Origin: Felis catus
Lineage: Eukaryota
DNA length: 64,000 nt
Reading direction: 5' to 3'
Assembly: GCF_018350175.1 (NCBI RefSeq)
Contig: NC_058368.1
Coordinates: forward strand, 178,252,001 to 178,316,000
The position numbers and the translations under genes were made by a program. The notes beneath the pieces were generated by a model. The model searched no databases. It was not told the DNA's origin and saw only the letters and a list, made by a program, of their open reading frames with translations. Shown here piece by piece: positions 1 to 10,637 of the stretch (position 1 is its first letter; every line of letters begins with the position of its first letter).

Positions 1-3000
1 GGGCCTGAAAAACAATGCATAAAGCAGGCTCAGCTCCAGTAGTCTAACCAAATAAACCTTTTCTTTGTTGTTATCGTGAAAATAAGGTTCTGTACCTCAT
101 ATGGAATAATCACAAGCAGGGAAATAATGGAGATTGGCCTGGTAAGCTTTTGCTGGAATTCAGTATTAATGTATCCTCCTATTAAGTGCTTGTCTTGGTG
201 AGCTCAGAGAGCATGGTAATAGTTTTAGGATTGATCTAATCATCTCACTGTGCCTAGGAGGTATATGGTTATTAGGCTAATTCCAGCTATAATCATACCC
301 ACCTTGTAGTTGTGAATCTAAAGGAGATAAGATATGTAAAGGGCTCTATGCACACAGTAGGTCCTCAAAAAATGTTTTTCTCATCTAATAGCGTGTTATG
401 TCCGTGATTTTAAGGGTGAGTCTCAAAGGCAGAATCCAGTAATCAAGTCTGTAGATACTCTGTAGGCCATAATTGCGCCTTTTCTGATGGATCTAGTTAA
501 TTAAGTGTGCTTTTCTTTAATACAGGAAGATTTGTTTGTTCTGTGATTGACTCTGTCAGAAAGGCACTCTGTTGCCAGCTCAGGTTGGACATTAACTGAT
601 TAAAGTGAATATTATCATTCTATATTAACCGCAATGGACAGAAGCAAACACAAGACGCTGGCTGAAAGAGCATCGAGCACCTCGGGCTGCAGATTGTCGG
701 GGAACAGGGCAGAGCATCAGTGAGCGGTGGACACCAGAAACACAGGGCCCAGAGTGTAAAGTCTATGGATACAATAACTGACCGTCACGGAGAAGATTTC
801 CTGCCTCTTCTCCCCTAGAGTTACTGCGTGACTCCATGTCCTCTGCCCTTAATAATCCAGACGGTCAAAATGTGTATTGTTTTGGTCCATTTCTTAGCTG
901 GAGAAGGCTATTGGACGTTACCCTCGCACATCCACTGCCAAATGCAGGGAGTGCAGCCAGTTCATCGGAGCGCGGATGTCTGCCTGCCCAGAGGCAGGGA
1001 GAAGATGGCAAGGTGTCATCTGTGGGACTCAGCTCAGAAGCCTCTTAACTGTGCACTTAATAAATGAAGCCTTGGCAGACATACCTTGAATTATTAATGG
1101 CGTTATTCAGCTTTGATTGTTTCCTTCTTTTGGGGAAAGGTTATTCACTCAAATGCCTTTGATTAGACTATACAATACATCACAATTGGGCATATTTTAT
1201 GTGCGACTTTATGGTGATAATAGTTCTGTCTCATTTAGAAGCAAATCAGACATTATGAACTTCGTGATTTATTAATGTATTGATTTCTATAAATGTCAGC
1301 GCATCTCACATCCCGTCAGAGAGCCCGAGAGCAATCAGTGGAGAGCCAATAAAAATGTAAAATGAAACCATCATAAAAAAAAAAGGAAATACGGCCTGTT
1401 TCAAAGCCCTGCTGCCTCTCTGAATTGTTTCAGGATCCAGATCATTACCATGAAGGCATCTCCCCCACCCCTGAGGAAACAGCCTACATGAAGCTGTCAG
1501 GGGAAGCTCTGGCCTGTTTGTCTGTTCTGTATTGTGTCAAATAAGAAAACAAAAGGCAAAGAGTCGGACCTAGAGGGGCCTCTGGACCCAGTGCCCAGGC
1601 TCTTCATCCTGGAGGATGCAGGAGGATAATGGGGTCCCTTTCCATCAGCTTTGCCCCATTACAACCTACCAGCTTCCTCCTGAGGGATCTTCAGGGTAAA
1701 GTCTAGATTCCCCAGCACAATTCTGCACAACCACCTTGCATGGGTCTTCAGCAACAGGCGCAGTCCCCTGTCTCTGCCAGAGTGTGTCATCAGCTGATCT
1801 CGATCTCAGCCACCCTTTAAACCTGCCTCGAGAGCCATCTCCTCTGGGCAGCTCTCGCAGACCACCGCAGGGAAAGCTCTCTCTGTCCAAACTCCTGAAG
1901 CGCCTGCTGTCTCTAACCGTCCCCCAGCAGGTATCAGAATCTACCTTTGGGTGTCGCAGAGGTCAGTTACGGGAGTGAGGTGGGGTAGGATAGGGTAGGG
2001 GTGGAGAGACTGTGTCTTGTGCCTGTTTTTGTTCTGTTTTTATTTTTGGTACCTCACTTTTATGATGTCTAGAGCCACTCTGCACATAGTAGGTGCTAAG
2101 CGCTCATTATTTGCTCTAAGTGTGTAGAATTACGAGAAACTAAATAGGATATAATGTTGAATCCTGAGAAAGCTGCCAAGAGAGTATCTGGAAAGTATTT
2201 GGCTAATTTAGTGGCTAATTCTGTCGTCTGACAGTTTAGAAATCCCAGTCTGGCAGCCCACGGGGTACAGTTGTTGTTTCACTTCTTTTAAATGTAAGTT
2301 TTGACAACATTTATTGCACATAAAATATGGGGTTTTGGCTTCTCTTTAGAAATTGGAATTTATGTCTGTGTGGGCCTGCATTACCACATTATCACATGGC
2401 AACAATTGGCTGGAGCTGAGGAGCGGCTGCTCGCTTCAGACACGGCACATGCTCGCTAGTAAACCACAGTCCCCACTAGTCCCTATTACATCCCCAGAAC
2501 TAAGACCGAGGGGCAGTCCTCCATTATCACTCATTCACATTACCTGCCTCTGTGAGCCCAGTTTAACCACTCCTTTCCCCTACCCCATATCATATTTTTC
2601 CAAGTGACTGTTGTGTACTTTGTGATAATCTAGAAACATGACAATTTCATTTTTTGGGTCCCAAGCAGCATGGAGCAAAAAGGGATGCCCTGTGATTAGA
2701 GAGGACCTCTGTACAGATTCAGGCTGTGTGAACTTCTGGCTCAGTGCATTTCAGCCTTCAATTCTAATAAGCCACTTTTCACATCACATAGCTCCTAGGA
2801 AATAAGTGTTATATTGTTCCCATTTTACAGAGGAGAAAACTGAGGTGCAGAGAGGAAAGAGAACATATTAATTTTTCCATTTGAAGAAATGGAATCAAGA
2901 GATCTTATGAGACCTCCCTGAAATCACAAAGATGGTGGGCAGAAGAGCAAACACTGATCTCATCATCTGATTAACACTCAGATGCTTTCTGGCCTAAGGG

Positions 3001-4509
3001 ACCATCCCATGGGTCTCCCCTGGCCTCACTCCTGTTTCTTCGTGGTTGTTGCTCTGTCTCAGCAAGACAGGGACCAAATTCCTCTGCCCAAGCTTCTCGC
3101 GCTTGTCCGCTTGAGAATTTGCGGAGGCCAGTCTGAGCGAGCTGGCAGGAGGGCAGACACCAAATGGTTTCAAGAGTCCCTCCCCCAGCTCCTCCCTTGC
3201 CTCGAGCTCTTTGCCATCCTTTTAGCATTTCCAATCTTGTTTCCCCTTTCTGAGAACGAAAGCAACCTTTGCTCTGGGTGACAGGCTGTGTAAGTCACAG
3301 GGCATATAAGTTACAAAGAGATGCTCTGATCCTGCCTCTGACTTCACAGATACGGCTGCTGGGGCCCAGAGAGCAAAGTGGACTTATCCAAGGTCACACA
3401 CCGGATTCCTGACAGAGCAGGATTAAACTCAGGTCGGTCTTCTTTTCATAGCACCATTCATTCATTCAACAAATAATCACAGAGCACCTACTGAGGGCGA
3501 GCCACTCTTGTAGGCACTGGGGGTCGGTGCATAGAGCAGTGAACAGAGGTGGTGATGTGTCTCCTGTCAATGAAAACAAAGCAGGGTTCCAGGACTAGAG
3601 AGAAATGGGTCACGGGGGTCATCATTTTATACACGATGGTTGGGGAAGGTGGCAGCCGAATTCAGCATCAGCGAGAGGGGAATGATGATGGTGAGCTTTG
3701 CAGTCAGAACAGTCAGACTTGAATCCTAGCTCTGCAGCTCAGCAGCTGGTGAGTGTGACCAAGTCATTTCCAGCCTACAGGACTCAGTGCTCTCAGTGGT
3801 ACAGTGGGCTCAGCAGCACCCACCTCCCCACCTGTTAGGATCAAGGAACCACTTCAGAGTGGGTGCCTGTCATGTTGAAGACATTCAATAAAGTCCCCTC
3901 CTCCCTCGTTGGGGAGAGCTGGGGCTCAGTTTCCTAATGTCTGTCTCTGTTCGGCCGAGCAGCTTGCAACCCATGGAGAGCCCACAAAATACTCTTAGTA
4001 GTCAGGGTGGCCGGCTGGAAGACTTGTATAGTTTTAAGAGGATGAATGAGCCAGGATTAATTATCTGAGTTAGTTTGTGAATATGTTAGTGGGTCACAGG
4101 GCTCTGAAGCTTTTTAATCTGAGGAGTGGTGGGTGGCACCCACTAAGCCTAGAGTGATGCTTTGCTGGAATTTTCCGGATTGGAGCTCTGGCTTGGAATT
4201 CCTAGCTCTTCTAAATACTTTGCCGAGAGACAGCAGTATTTCTCCTCACATGAATCTCAAAGTGCCTTACCAGAAAGCTTCAGTTGGATCATAGGAATCT
4301 TTGAAAATTGAATCTCACATTTAAGAAATCCAAATAGCTTCCAGTCATGCCTCTCTGTGAAGCCTTCCCCGACCTCCCTACCTGCATCTCAAATCCTGAA
4401 ACACCTTGTCTATAATGATCACTTCTGTAGGATTATGGGATGAGGGAACTGGGCAAGGAGGCATACTTTCCTTTTCACCTTATTGCTCATTACTGTTTGA
4501 AATATTTTT

Positions 4510-4726
4510 GATTTTTTTTTTTTAACATTTATTTATTTTTGAGACAGAGAGAGACAGAGCATGAACGGGGGAGGGGCAGAGAGAGAGGGAGACACAGAAT
4601 CGGAAGCAGGCTCCAGGCTCTGAGCCATCAGCCCAGAGCCTGACGCAGGGCTCGAACTCACGGACCGTGAGATTGTGACCTGAGCTGAAGTCGGATGCTC
4701 AACCGACTGAGCCACCCAGGCGCCCC
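4510..4726 (-). mobile_element. Feliform CAN-SINE (SINEC_Fc-type), young full-length copy
   Basis: Reverse strand reads GGGGCGCCTGGGTGGCTCAGTCGGTTGAGCATCCGACTTCAGCTCAGG..., then a CT-rich segment and an A-tail. Perfect 16-bp TSD TGTTTGAAATATTTTT at 4494-4509 and 4727-4742. Confidence 0.97.
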
Positions 4727-4959
4727 TGTTTGAAATATTTTTAAAGCTATGTGTACGGATTGTTTTGATAATTTTAATGTTACAATTAAAGTCATGATAT
4801 TTCAGGTGGGATAATGTAAGTAGATGCTATTTGTTTCATTGTGAAGATGGTCCTAGCAAGTCTGGTCTAGTGCATTTGGTGTTCAGTTGTGTGTGTTGTG
4901 ATTTTTGTGGAATAACACCTTTTTTTCAAACAAAACATAATCATTTGGTGATGACTAGT

Positions 4960-5100
4960 GCTGTCACCAACTATTTCTGGTTCTCTTCCTTACAGGCTCA
5001 TGTTGGGATGCACTTCCAGCCCCTTTGAAGTTAGGCATGATCATGTGGCTAGTGCTGGCCAATCAGATGAGAACAGGAGTGCTGCTTGTGTCCTTGCCTG
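4960..5100 (+). mobile_element. Old MaLR LTR fragment (MLT1H/I/J-like)
   Basis: CACTTCCAGCCCCTTTGAAGTTAGGCATGATCATGTGGCTAGTGCTGGCCAATCAGATG resembles an MLT1 internal motif. Boundaries approximate. Confidence 0.6.
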
Positions 5101-5499
5101 TGGGCAGATATCAAGTAAGTCCTTTCTGAATTACAGTTGAGGGAAGTGCTATGGAGGGATGCCTTGTGGACTTAAACAGGTAACCTTGGGGTTCCTCTGT
5201 GGCAGTCCAGATGCTGAGCCAAGAACAAGAAGGGGATGGCCAGGTGCAGTGAGGGAGGGAGCTGTCTCTCCAAGGACTCCCAGATGGGAAGGAGTGAGCC
5301 TGCTCCAGGGCAAGAGAGAGGGTGCGGTTGTGTCTGGAGGCAGGAACTCCATGAGCAAGGGACAGGGGAATGAGAGGCGGACATGGACCGTATGGTGCTG
5401 GGTCCTGGGGTCACGTTAACAGTTTTAGTGGCGTCAAACAGCAAAGCAAGTAGAGTACAGAAGGCTTTCCTTTTTGAGAAGCCAGTGGAGAGTTATGAG

Positions 5500-5775
5500 T
5501 TATAGCATTAATCACCCAATGAGAGCTGGTATTAATCATAAGAGAATAGAGATGTCTTTGGCCCCTCCCGACTTGCGGGGACTTCACGGAGAATGGCTTT
5601 GCAGGGTCAGTTCTCTGCCTGATGGCTTTGTGTCCTTCCTCTCCTTGTTGGCTCATTGCAATGGAGAGCCTCCATTAATCAAATAGGCCCAAGACCTTAG
5701 GCTCGGTCCCAGCTTTCTGCAAATGAGTGACAGAGAAGAAAGCCTGTTTCTCCCTATGGGTTAATAAAATCCACA
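5500..5775. promoter_or_regulatory. Candidate PBX-HOX / MEIS-PREP enhancer module
   Basis: ATTAATCA (reverse TGATTAAT) at 5507-5514, 5531-5538 and 5674-5681, plus TGAGTGACAG at 5724-5733, in repeat-free DNA. Confidence 0.5.
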
Positions 5776-6052
5776 ATGTGAGATATTTGAAGTTTCTGTT
5801 GGAATGCCAAGCAACCTGGTAATTGCTGTTTAGAATGCCAAAGGTGAGTCAGGCTTGGCTGGAGACCTGACTCCAGGGCATCAGGAATATTATAAAGCTG
5901 GAGAAAATCTCCCAGGACTAAAACTTCTTCTAGCTAATCTGCAACTTACTCCTTTATTCTTACTTCAGTTAGCCCATACCTTGTCGGGGGGGAGGGGTTG
6001 GGGAGGACAGGTTCAGTTGTCATTGAAAGGGAGAGATTAAATATGCAAAAAA

Positions 6053-6247
6053 GGGGGCAGCTTGGGTGGCTCAGTCACTTGAGCCTCCGACTCTTGGTTA
6101 TGGCTCAGGTCATGATCTCATGGCTCACGGGTTTGAGCCCTGTGTTGGGCTCTCCACTGACGGTGTGAAGCCTGCTTGGGGTTCTCTCTGGCCCTCCCCT
6201 GCTAGCTCTCTCAAACTAAATAAATAAACTGAAAACAATACTTAAAC
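6053..6247 (+). mobile_element. CAN-SINE, older feliform subfamily (SINEC_Fc3-like)
   Basis: GGGGCAGCTTGGGTGGCTCAGTC...GGCTCAGGTCATGATCTCA...AAATAAATAAAC. TSD ATATGCAAAAAAGG at 6041-6054 and 6248-6261. Confidence 0.93.
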
Positions 6248-6408
6248 ATATGCAAAAAAGGTATAATAATAATTAAAGAAAAAGACGAGGGAGATAGGAA
6301 ACAATAGGGGCCAGGATTAAGGATATAGGTAATTCCATACGCATTTCAAATTATTTTTCAGAAATATTCCCAGAAGTGGAAAAAAACAGGTTTTGTAAAA
6401 CAAGAAAT

Positions 6409-6443
6409 TATCTATCTATCAATCTATCATCTATCAATCTATC

Positions 6444-6487
<44 letters not shown>
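6409..6487. repeat. Compound (TATC)n / GATA tetranucleotide microsatellite
   Basis: Interrupted TCTA/TCAA/TCA units followed by a pure (TCTA)n run. Confidence 0.97.
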
Positions 6488-7059
6488 CTAAGCTATCATA
6501 CATAAAAACTTTTAGCAGTTATCACTGAGGGTTGGGGCTATGGATGGCTGTTATATTCTTTGTGCTCATGTGTATTTTCTAAACTTTCTGCAACGAGTAG
6601 GTACAGATCTCTAATAAGAAGAAATCCAAAAGGTTATTTTTTAAATCGACTTAAAGAGCAGATGGGGAGTGCCTCAGAAGCCCTGGGACTGGGGGGTGGG
6701 TGGGGCCCAGAGCCCAGAGCCCAGGGCCTTTTCCTTGAGGAGAAGCCCAGGCAGCCAGGCAGGTGAGGGTGGAGTGCCTCTGGCTTGCAGCCTTGGCAAC
6801 AGGTCAAGTTTACCAACCAGTTTCAACACTGGAAAATGGTGGGAACAATCCTTACTTGGCAGGGCTCTTGTGAGACTCAAATGAAGTAGTGAGAGTGGAA
6901 GTGCAGCTGGCAGGGAGTCTACGGTGTTAAGGGGGTCGGACAGGATGCCTTCCATTCTGGTAGAGGCACTTCTGAGACACTGGGGGGGCAAGGGTAGGGT
7001 TGCGGGGAACAGGGAGGGGGAGGGGCCAGTCTTCCACGGATCAGAACGGTATCGGACAT

Positions 7060-7290
7060 TTTAGAAGCATTTCCTGGGTACTGGGCCCGCATCTAGTGCG
7101 TCTTGTACATTATCTCGCAGAACCTCCCCAAACCCTGTGAGCTCCATCCACCCTGCTTCCCCCTTGAAGAAGCTGGGAGACTTAGAGATGTGTGGTGTCC
7201 TGCCCAAGGCCACAAGTGAGTAAATGGCAGACACGGGGCTCAAATCCAGGTCTGCTTGGTAGTAAAACCCACGTTCTTGGCTGCTGTGTT
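7060..7290 (-). mobile_element. MIR SINE fragment
   Basis: ...GTCCTGCCCAAGGCCACAAGTGAGTAAATGGCAGACACGGGGCTCAAATCCAGGTCTGCTTGG matches the reverse MIR 5' region. Confidence 0.75.
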
Positions 7291-7985
7291 ATATCATATC
7301 AGCTTATAACCACAGCGAACTGGATTAAAATGCCAATTCTGCCAGTCGGATGTGATCCTACCCATGTCTCCTGGTCCTCATGAGGACCCAGTGTGAAAAA
7401 CACATGTGTCAGACCTGTGCCTGGCGCCCAGCACTCCTTGTCACTGGGGGTCCCCTCGTTCCCTCATTTGGGTCCCCAAGAGGACATTCCCACAGCACTT
7501 GGGTCTTTTGAGGAAGCGTCTCAAAACGACGCTGCTGAAAAAGCAATTTTTTTGCTGTAGCTGTGTGGATAGATTTTTAATATTTAATTAGGAAGACCTT
7601 CTGCTTGGAGAGAGGGCAGGACTTGTTATTAAATCCCCGCTGCTTGGTCTCCCTCACTTGCCCGTGGGATTATTCATTCATTTCCAGTCACACAATTTAA
7701 TATTGCAACAGCTAATGGGGAGATGTTGATAATTTGTAAAACTGGTTGGTCCCAAGGCCACTGGAGAAGCTCCTTGCCTGGGCCTGATTCCGGGGGCTAC
7801 GGCAGATTCTCGGGAGATGAGGGGGCCGCCGAGCTTCCTGTTCATTATCTGCAACATTCATGAGTGTCTTCTGAGATACCATGTGGGGGGCCACGAGGAT
7901 TAGAAAGACCTCCACCACACAGTTTTGTCTTTGAGGAGTTACGACCCTGGGACACCTGAACGCATCACAGGGTTTTGTGTTAAAA

Positions 7986-8523
7986 TGTGTACTTGGGATT
8001 TGTTTTACTCAGGTACAGTAAGACATGCAGAAAGGGACCGTCACAAGGGAAGAAGTTTACACTCAGATCCCTACAAACAGGAGGCATGGCATGCGAGGCC
8101 ACACAGGGAAGCACCAGGGGCAGTCAGGAGGCAGAGAGGGACAAGGGGACATCATGGCCCAGAGCCTCGATTGGGGTATTCGTGGGAAAGAATGGGTGAG
8201 GCAGGGTAGGTATGCTGAGTAAGTTTAGGACTGGAAAGTTGGAATGATCTTGGCCATCTCTAGGCGGTAGGGGTGTCCTTAGCTGTCTGGTACCCGGCCC
8301 TGTGGTGGTTTAGAGCAGAGGGAACACTGCCTAGGTGTGTGAGAGCTAGAGAAGAGAGATGGTTGGGTATGGGCTCCGGATTGCTGGGTTTGTGTACCCA
8401 AGGTCCACTTGCAGGGGAGTCATTGCTATCCCTAGGAATTAGCCAGCCTGGGGAAGAGTGGTCTCTCCAAGATCAAAGCCCAGATGCCAGAGTATCAAGA
8501 AAATGGAAAATAAAAAAAATACA
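7986..8523 (-). mobile_element. Solo ERVL-class LTR (MER74-like)
   Basis: Reverse strand begins TGTATTTT...TTCTTGATACTCTGGCATCTGGG...CCCAGGCTGGCTAATTCCTAGGGATAGCAATGACT, matching the MER74 5' end as I recall it. About 540 bp with TG...CA termini. Confidence 0.75.
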
Positions 8524-8576
8524 GCCGGTAGAGTTTGGTTTTGCAGTTAGATGTGAGTTCCAAACGCCTACTTTGA

Positions 8577-8810
8577 GGGGCGACTGGGTGGCTCAGTCAG
8601 TTAAGTGTCTGCCTTCGGCTCAGGTCATGATCTTGCAGTTTGTGGGTTTGAGCTCTGCTTTGGGCTCTGCACGGACAGCTCAGAGCCTGGAGCCTGCTTC
8701 AGATTCTGTGTCTCTCTCTCTCTGCCCCTCCCCCACTTGTGTTGTCTCTCTCTCTCTCTCTCTCTTAAAAATAAATAAACTTAAAAAAAAATTAAAACAA
8801 ACCAAAACCA
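8577..8810 (+). mobile_element. CAN-SINE (SINEC_Fc2-like)
   Basis: GGGGCGACTGGGTGGCTCAGTCAGTTAAG...CAGCTCAGAGCCTGGAGCCTGCTTCAGATTCTGTG, (CT)n and A-tail. TSD AAA(C/T)GCCTACTTTGA at 8562-8576 and 8811-8825. Confidence 0.96.
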
Positions 8811-8987
8811 AAATGCCTACTTTGAGATTTCTTAGCTGGGGCATGGGGCATGAACATCCCTTGGGCCCAGTGCTATGCACTGAGCATCTCTCCCCAGGAC
8901 TATTGGAAAACTCCAGCCTCCAGCCTGTGGCCTCACTCTACCAATGGGTTCCTTGCACGAACAGGCAGAAGGCTCTTTGTAAAGCAG

Positions 8988-10450
8988 TCATTCACAGAGC
9001 ACTTAACTGTGGGTTATCCAATATGTGCCAGACACTTTGACAGTGTGACTACCATGGTGAGCAGACAGGTATGGTTCTTGTCCCCAGTGACGTCACAGTT
9101 CGGTGCATGAGGGACTTCACCTAAGAATCAGACACACATATAATATTGTGACTGTGAGATGTACTGCAAGAGGGGAGCTGTTTGGCACTACAGATGGAGT
9201 GGCAGGGGCTCCGGTGCAGGGGAGGTAGTTAGGGGAGTCTTCCTTGAGGGAGTGAAGGTGGGCCTGAAATCTGAAGGAGTGGGAACTTACTAGATAAAGG
9301 AAAGTGTGTGTGTGTGCGTGTGTGTGACATTCTAAGTGCAGAGGGAAGATAGAGGGAGCTTTTCAGGAACCTCTTGTGTGGAGGCTCTGGGGAAGGAGAA
9401 AACAAGATGTTCAAAGGAAATGGATCTGAATATGTCCCTTGCTTTAAAGCCTTCAAAGGCTCCCCACTGCCTGCAGGAGGAAGGCCAGCCTCCTTAATAA
9501 GGCCTGGAAGGTCTTTTATTATCTGCTCCTTGCTTAGCTTTCAGGGTTTGTCTGTTGCTTCCCTCCTCCGCATTACCCAGCACCACACGTACTCACTCTC
9601 TAGAAGTACTTGCTGTTTCCCCAACCCGACTTCCTGGGTGACACTTTCATACCTTTGCTCCTGCTCCTCATACCTCATGAGGAGCATACCTCATGCTCCT
9701 GCTCCATCTAGCACCTGATTTCCTTCCCTTTGCTGGGTTATTTCTTGGGTTTCCTTCAAATCTGTCCCCTTACACTGCACTCCTCCAGGGGACACTATTT
9801 AGACTATAGGGTGAATGACTCCTGCTGGAGTTGTATGGGTCCTCTACAAAATGTCACCTCAAGGGCTACTTCCTCTAAAATGGAAGTTTTTCTTTCTTTC
9901 CCAGACAGCATCTTTACGGCAAGATCTCTCTCCTGCAGCACCCACTACATTGCATGATAGATACAGAGGCCTTTCTGTCTCTCTTGACCATGGGCTCCTT
10001 GAGGGGATGGCGAGTTCCTTCACTCACTTAACAAAGGTATATTGAGCTTCTATTCTGTGCCAGGTACTGTTCCAGGTGCCAGCAACATGGTCACAAAGAA
10101 GTCAGGCAAGTCCTCTGTTGAGCGTGACTGACACATTAACTCAATAATCACACGCACGGATATGCAATTATGCATTGTCTTGAGTACTCAGAGGAAAAGA
10201 GTGGGGGCAGGGTGAGGAAGAAAAACCAGAAGGAACCTGGTGTGAGTTAAAGGGAGGGAGAGTCTGCAGACCTGGGAGCAGAAGTGTAAAGATGAGAAAA
10301 TGTGGTAGGAAGGGTCTCAGAGAGCAGGGACAGCATGTGCAAGGGCCAGGAGAGGAGAACGAATTTGGTCTTTTGAGGAACCAAGTAGAGGCCACGTGGT
10401 GGAGCAGAATGACCAACGTGTCAGGTAAGATGGTAATTGGTCAGACCAGT
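8988..10450. mobile_element. Cluster of degraded L2 LINE fragments in mixed orientation
   Basis: L2 3'-end signatures such as CACTCACTTAACAAAGGTATATTGAGCTTCTATTCTGTGCCAGGTACTGTTCCAGGTGC (about 10020) and GCTTTAAAGCCTTCAAAGGCTCCCCACTGCCTGCAGGA (about 9440). Boundaries approximate. Confidence 0.7.
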
Positions 10451-10472
10451 CAACTTAGGAGTTTTCTCTTTA

Positions 10473-10637
10473 TTTTTATTTTTTTTAATGCTTATTTGTT
10501 TATTTTTGCGGAAGAGAATCTCAAGCAAGCTCCACTCTCAGCATGGAGCCCAACACGGGGCTCAATCCCATGACCATGGGATCATGACCTGAGCTGAAAT
10601 CAAGAGTCAGATAAATATTGAGCCACCCAGGCATCCC
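10473..10637 (-). mobile_element. CAN-SINE, older subfamily with shortened CT region
   Basis: ...GGATCATGACCTGAGCTGAAATCAAGAGTCAG...TGAGCCACCCAGGCATCCC. Degenerate TSD AGGAGTTTTCTCTTTA / AGGATTTTTATCTTTA. Confidence 0.9.

Noticed and set aside
4533..4715. Recurrent 'MAQSVEHPTSAQV...AQSLEPASDSVS' ORFs (also at 12664, 18447, 49718, 50418)
   Set aside because: These are translations of CAN-SINE copies, not a gene family.
8273..9040. Longest ORF in the track (255 aa, +)
   Set aside because: It runs through a MER74-like LTR and a CAN-SINE (WVAQSVK...AQSLEPASDS is SINE translation) and has no protein-like coherence.
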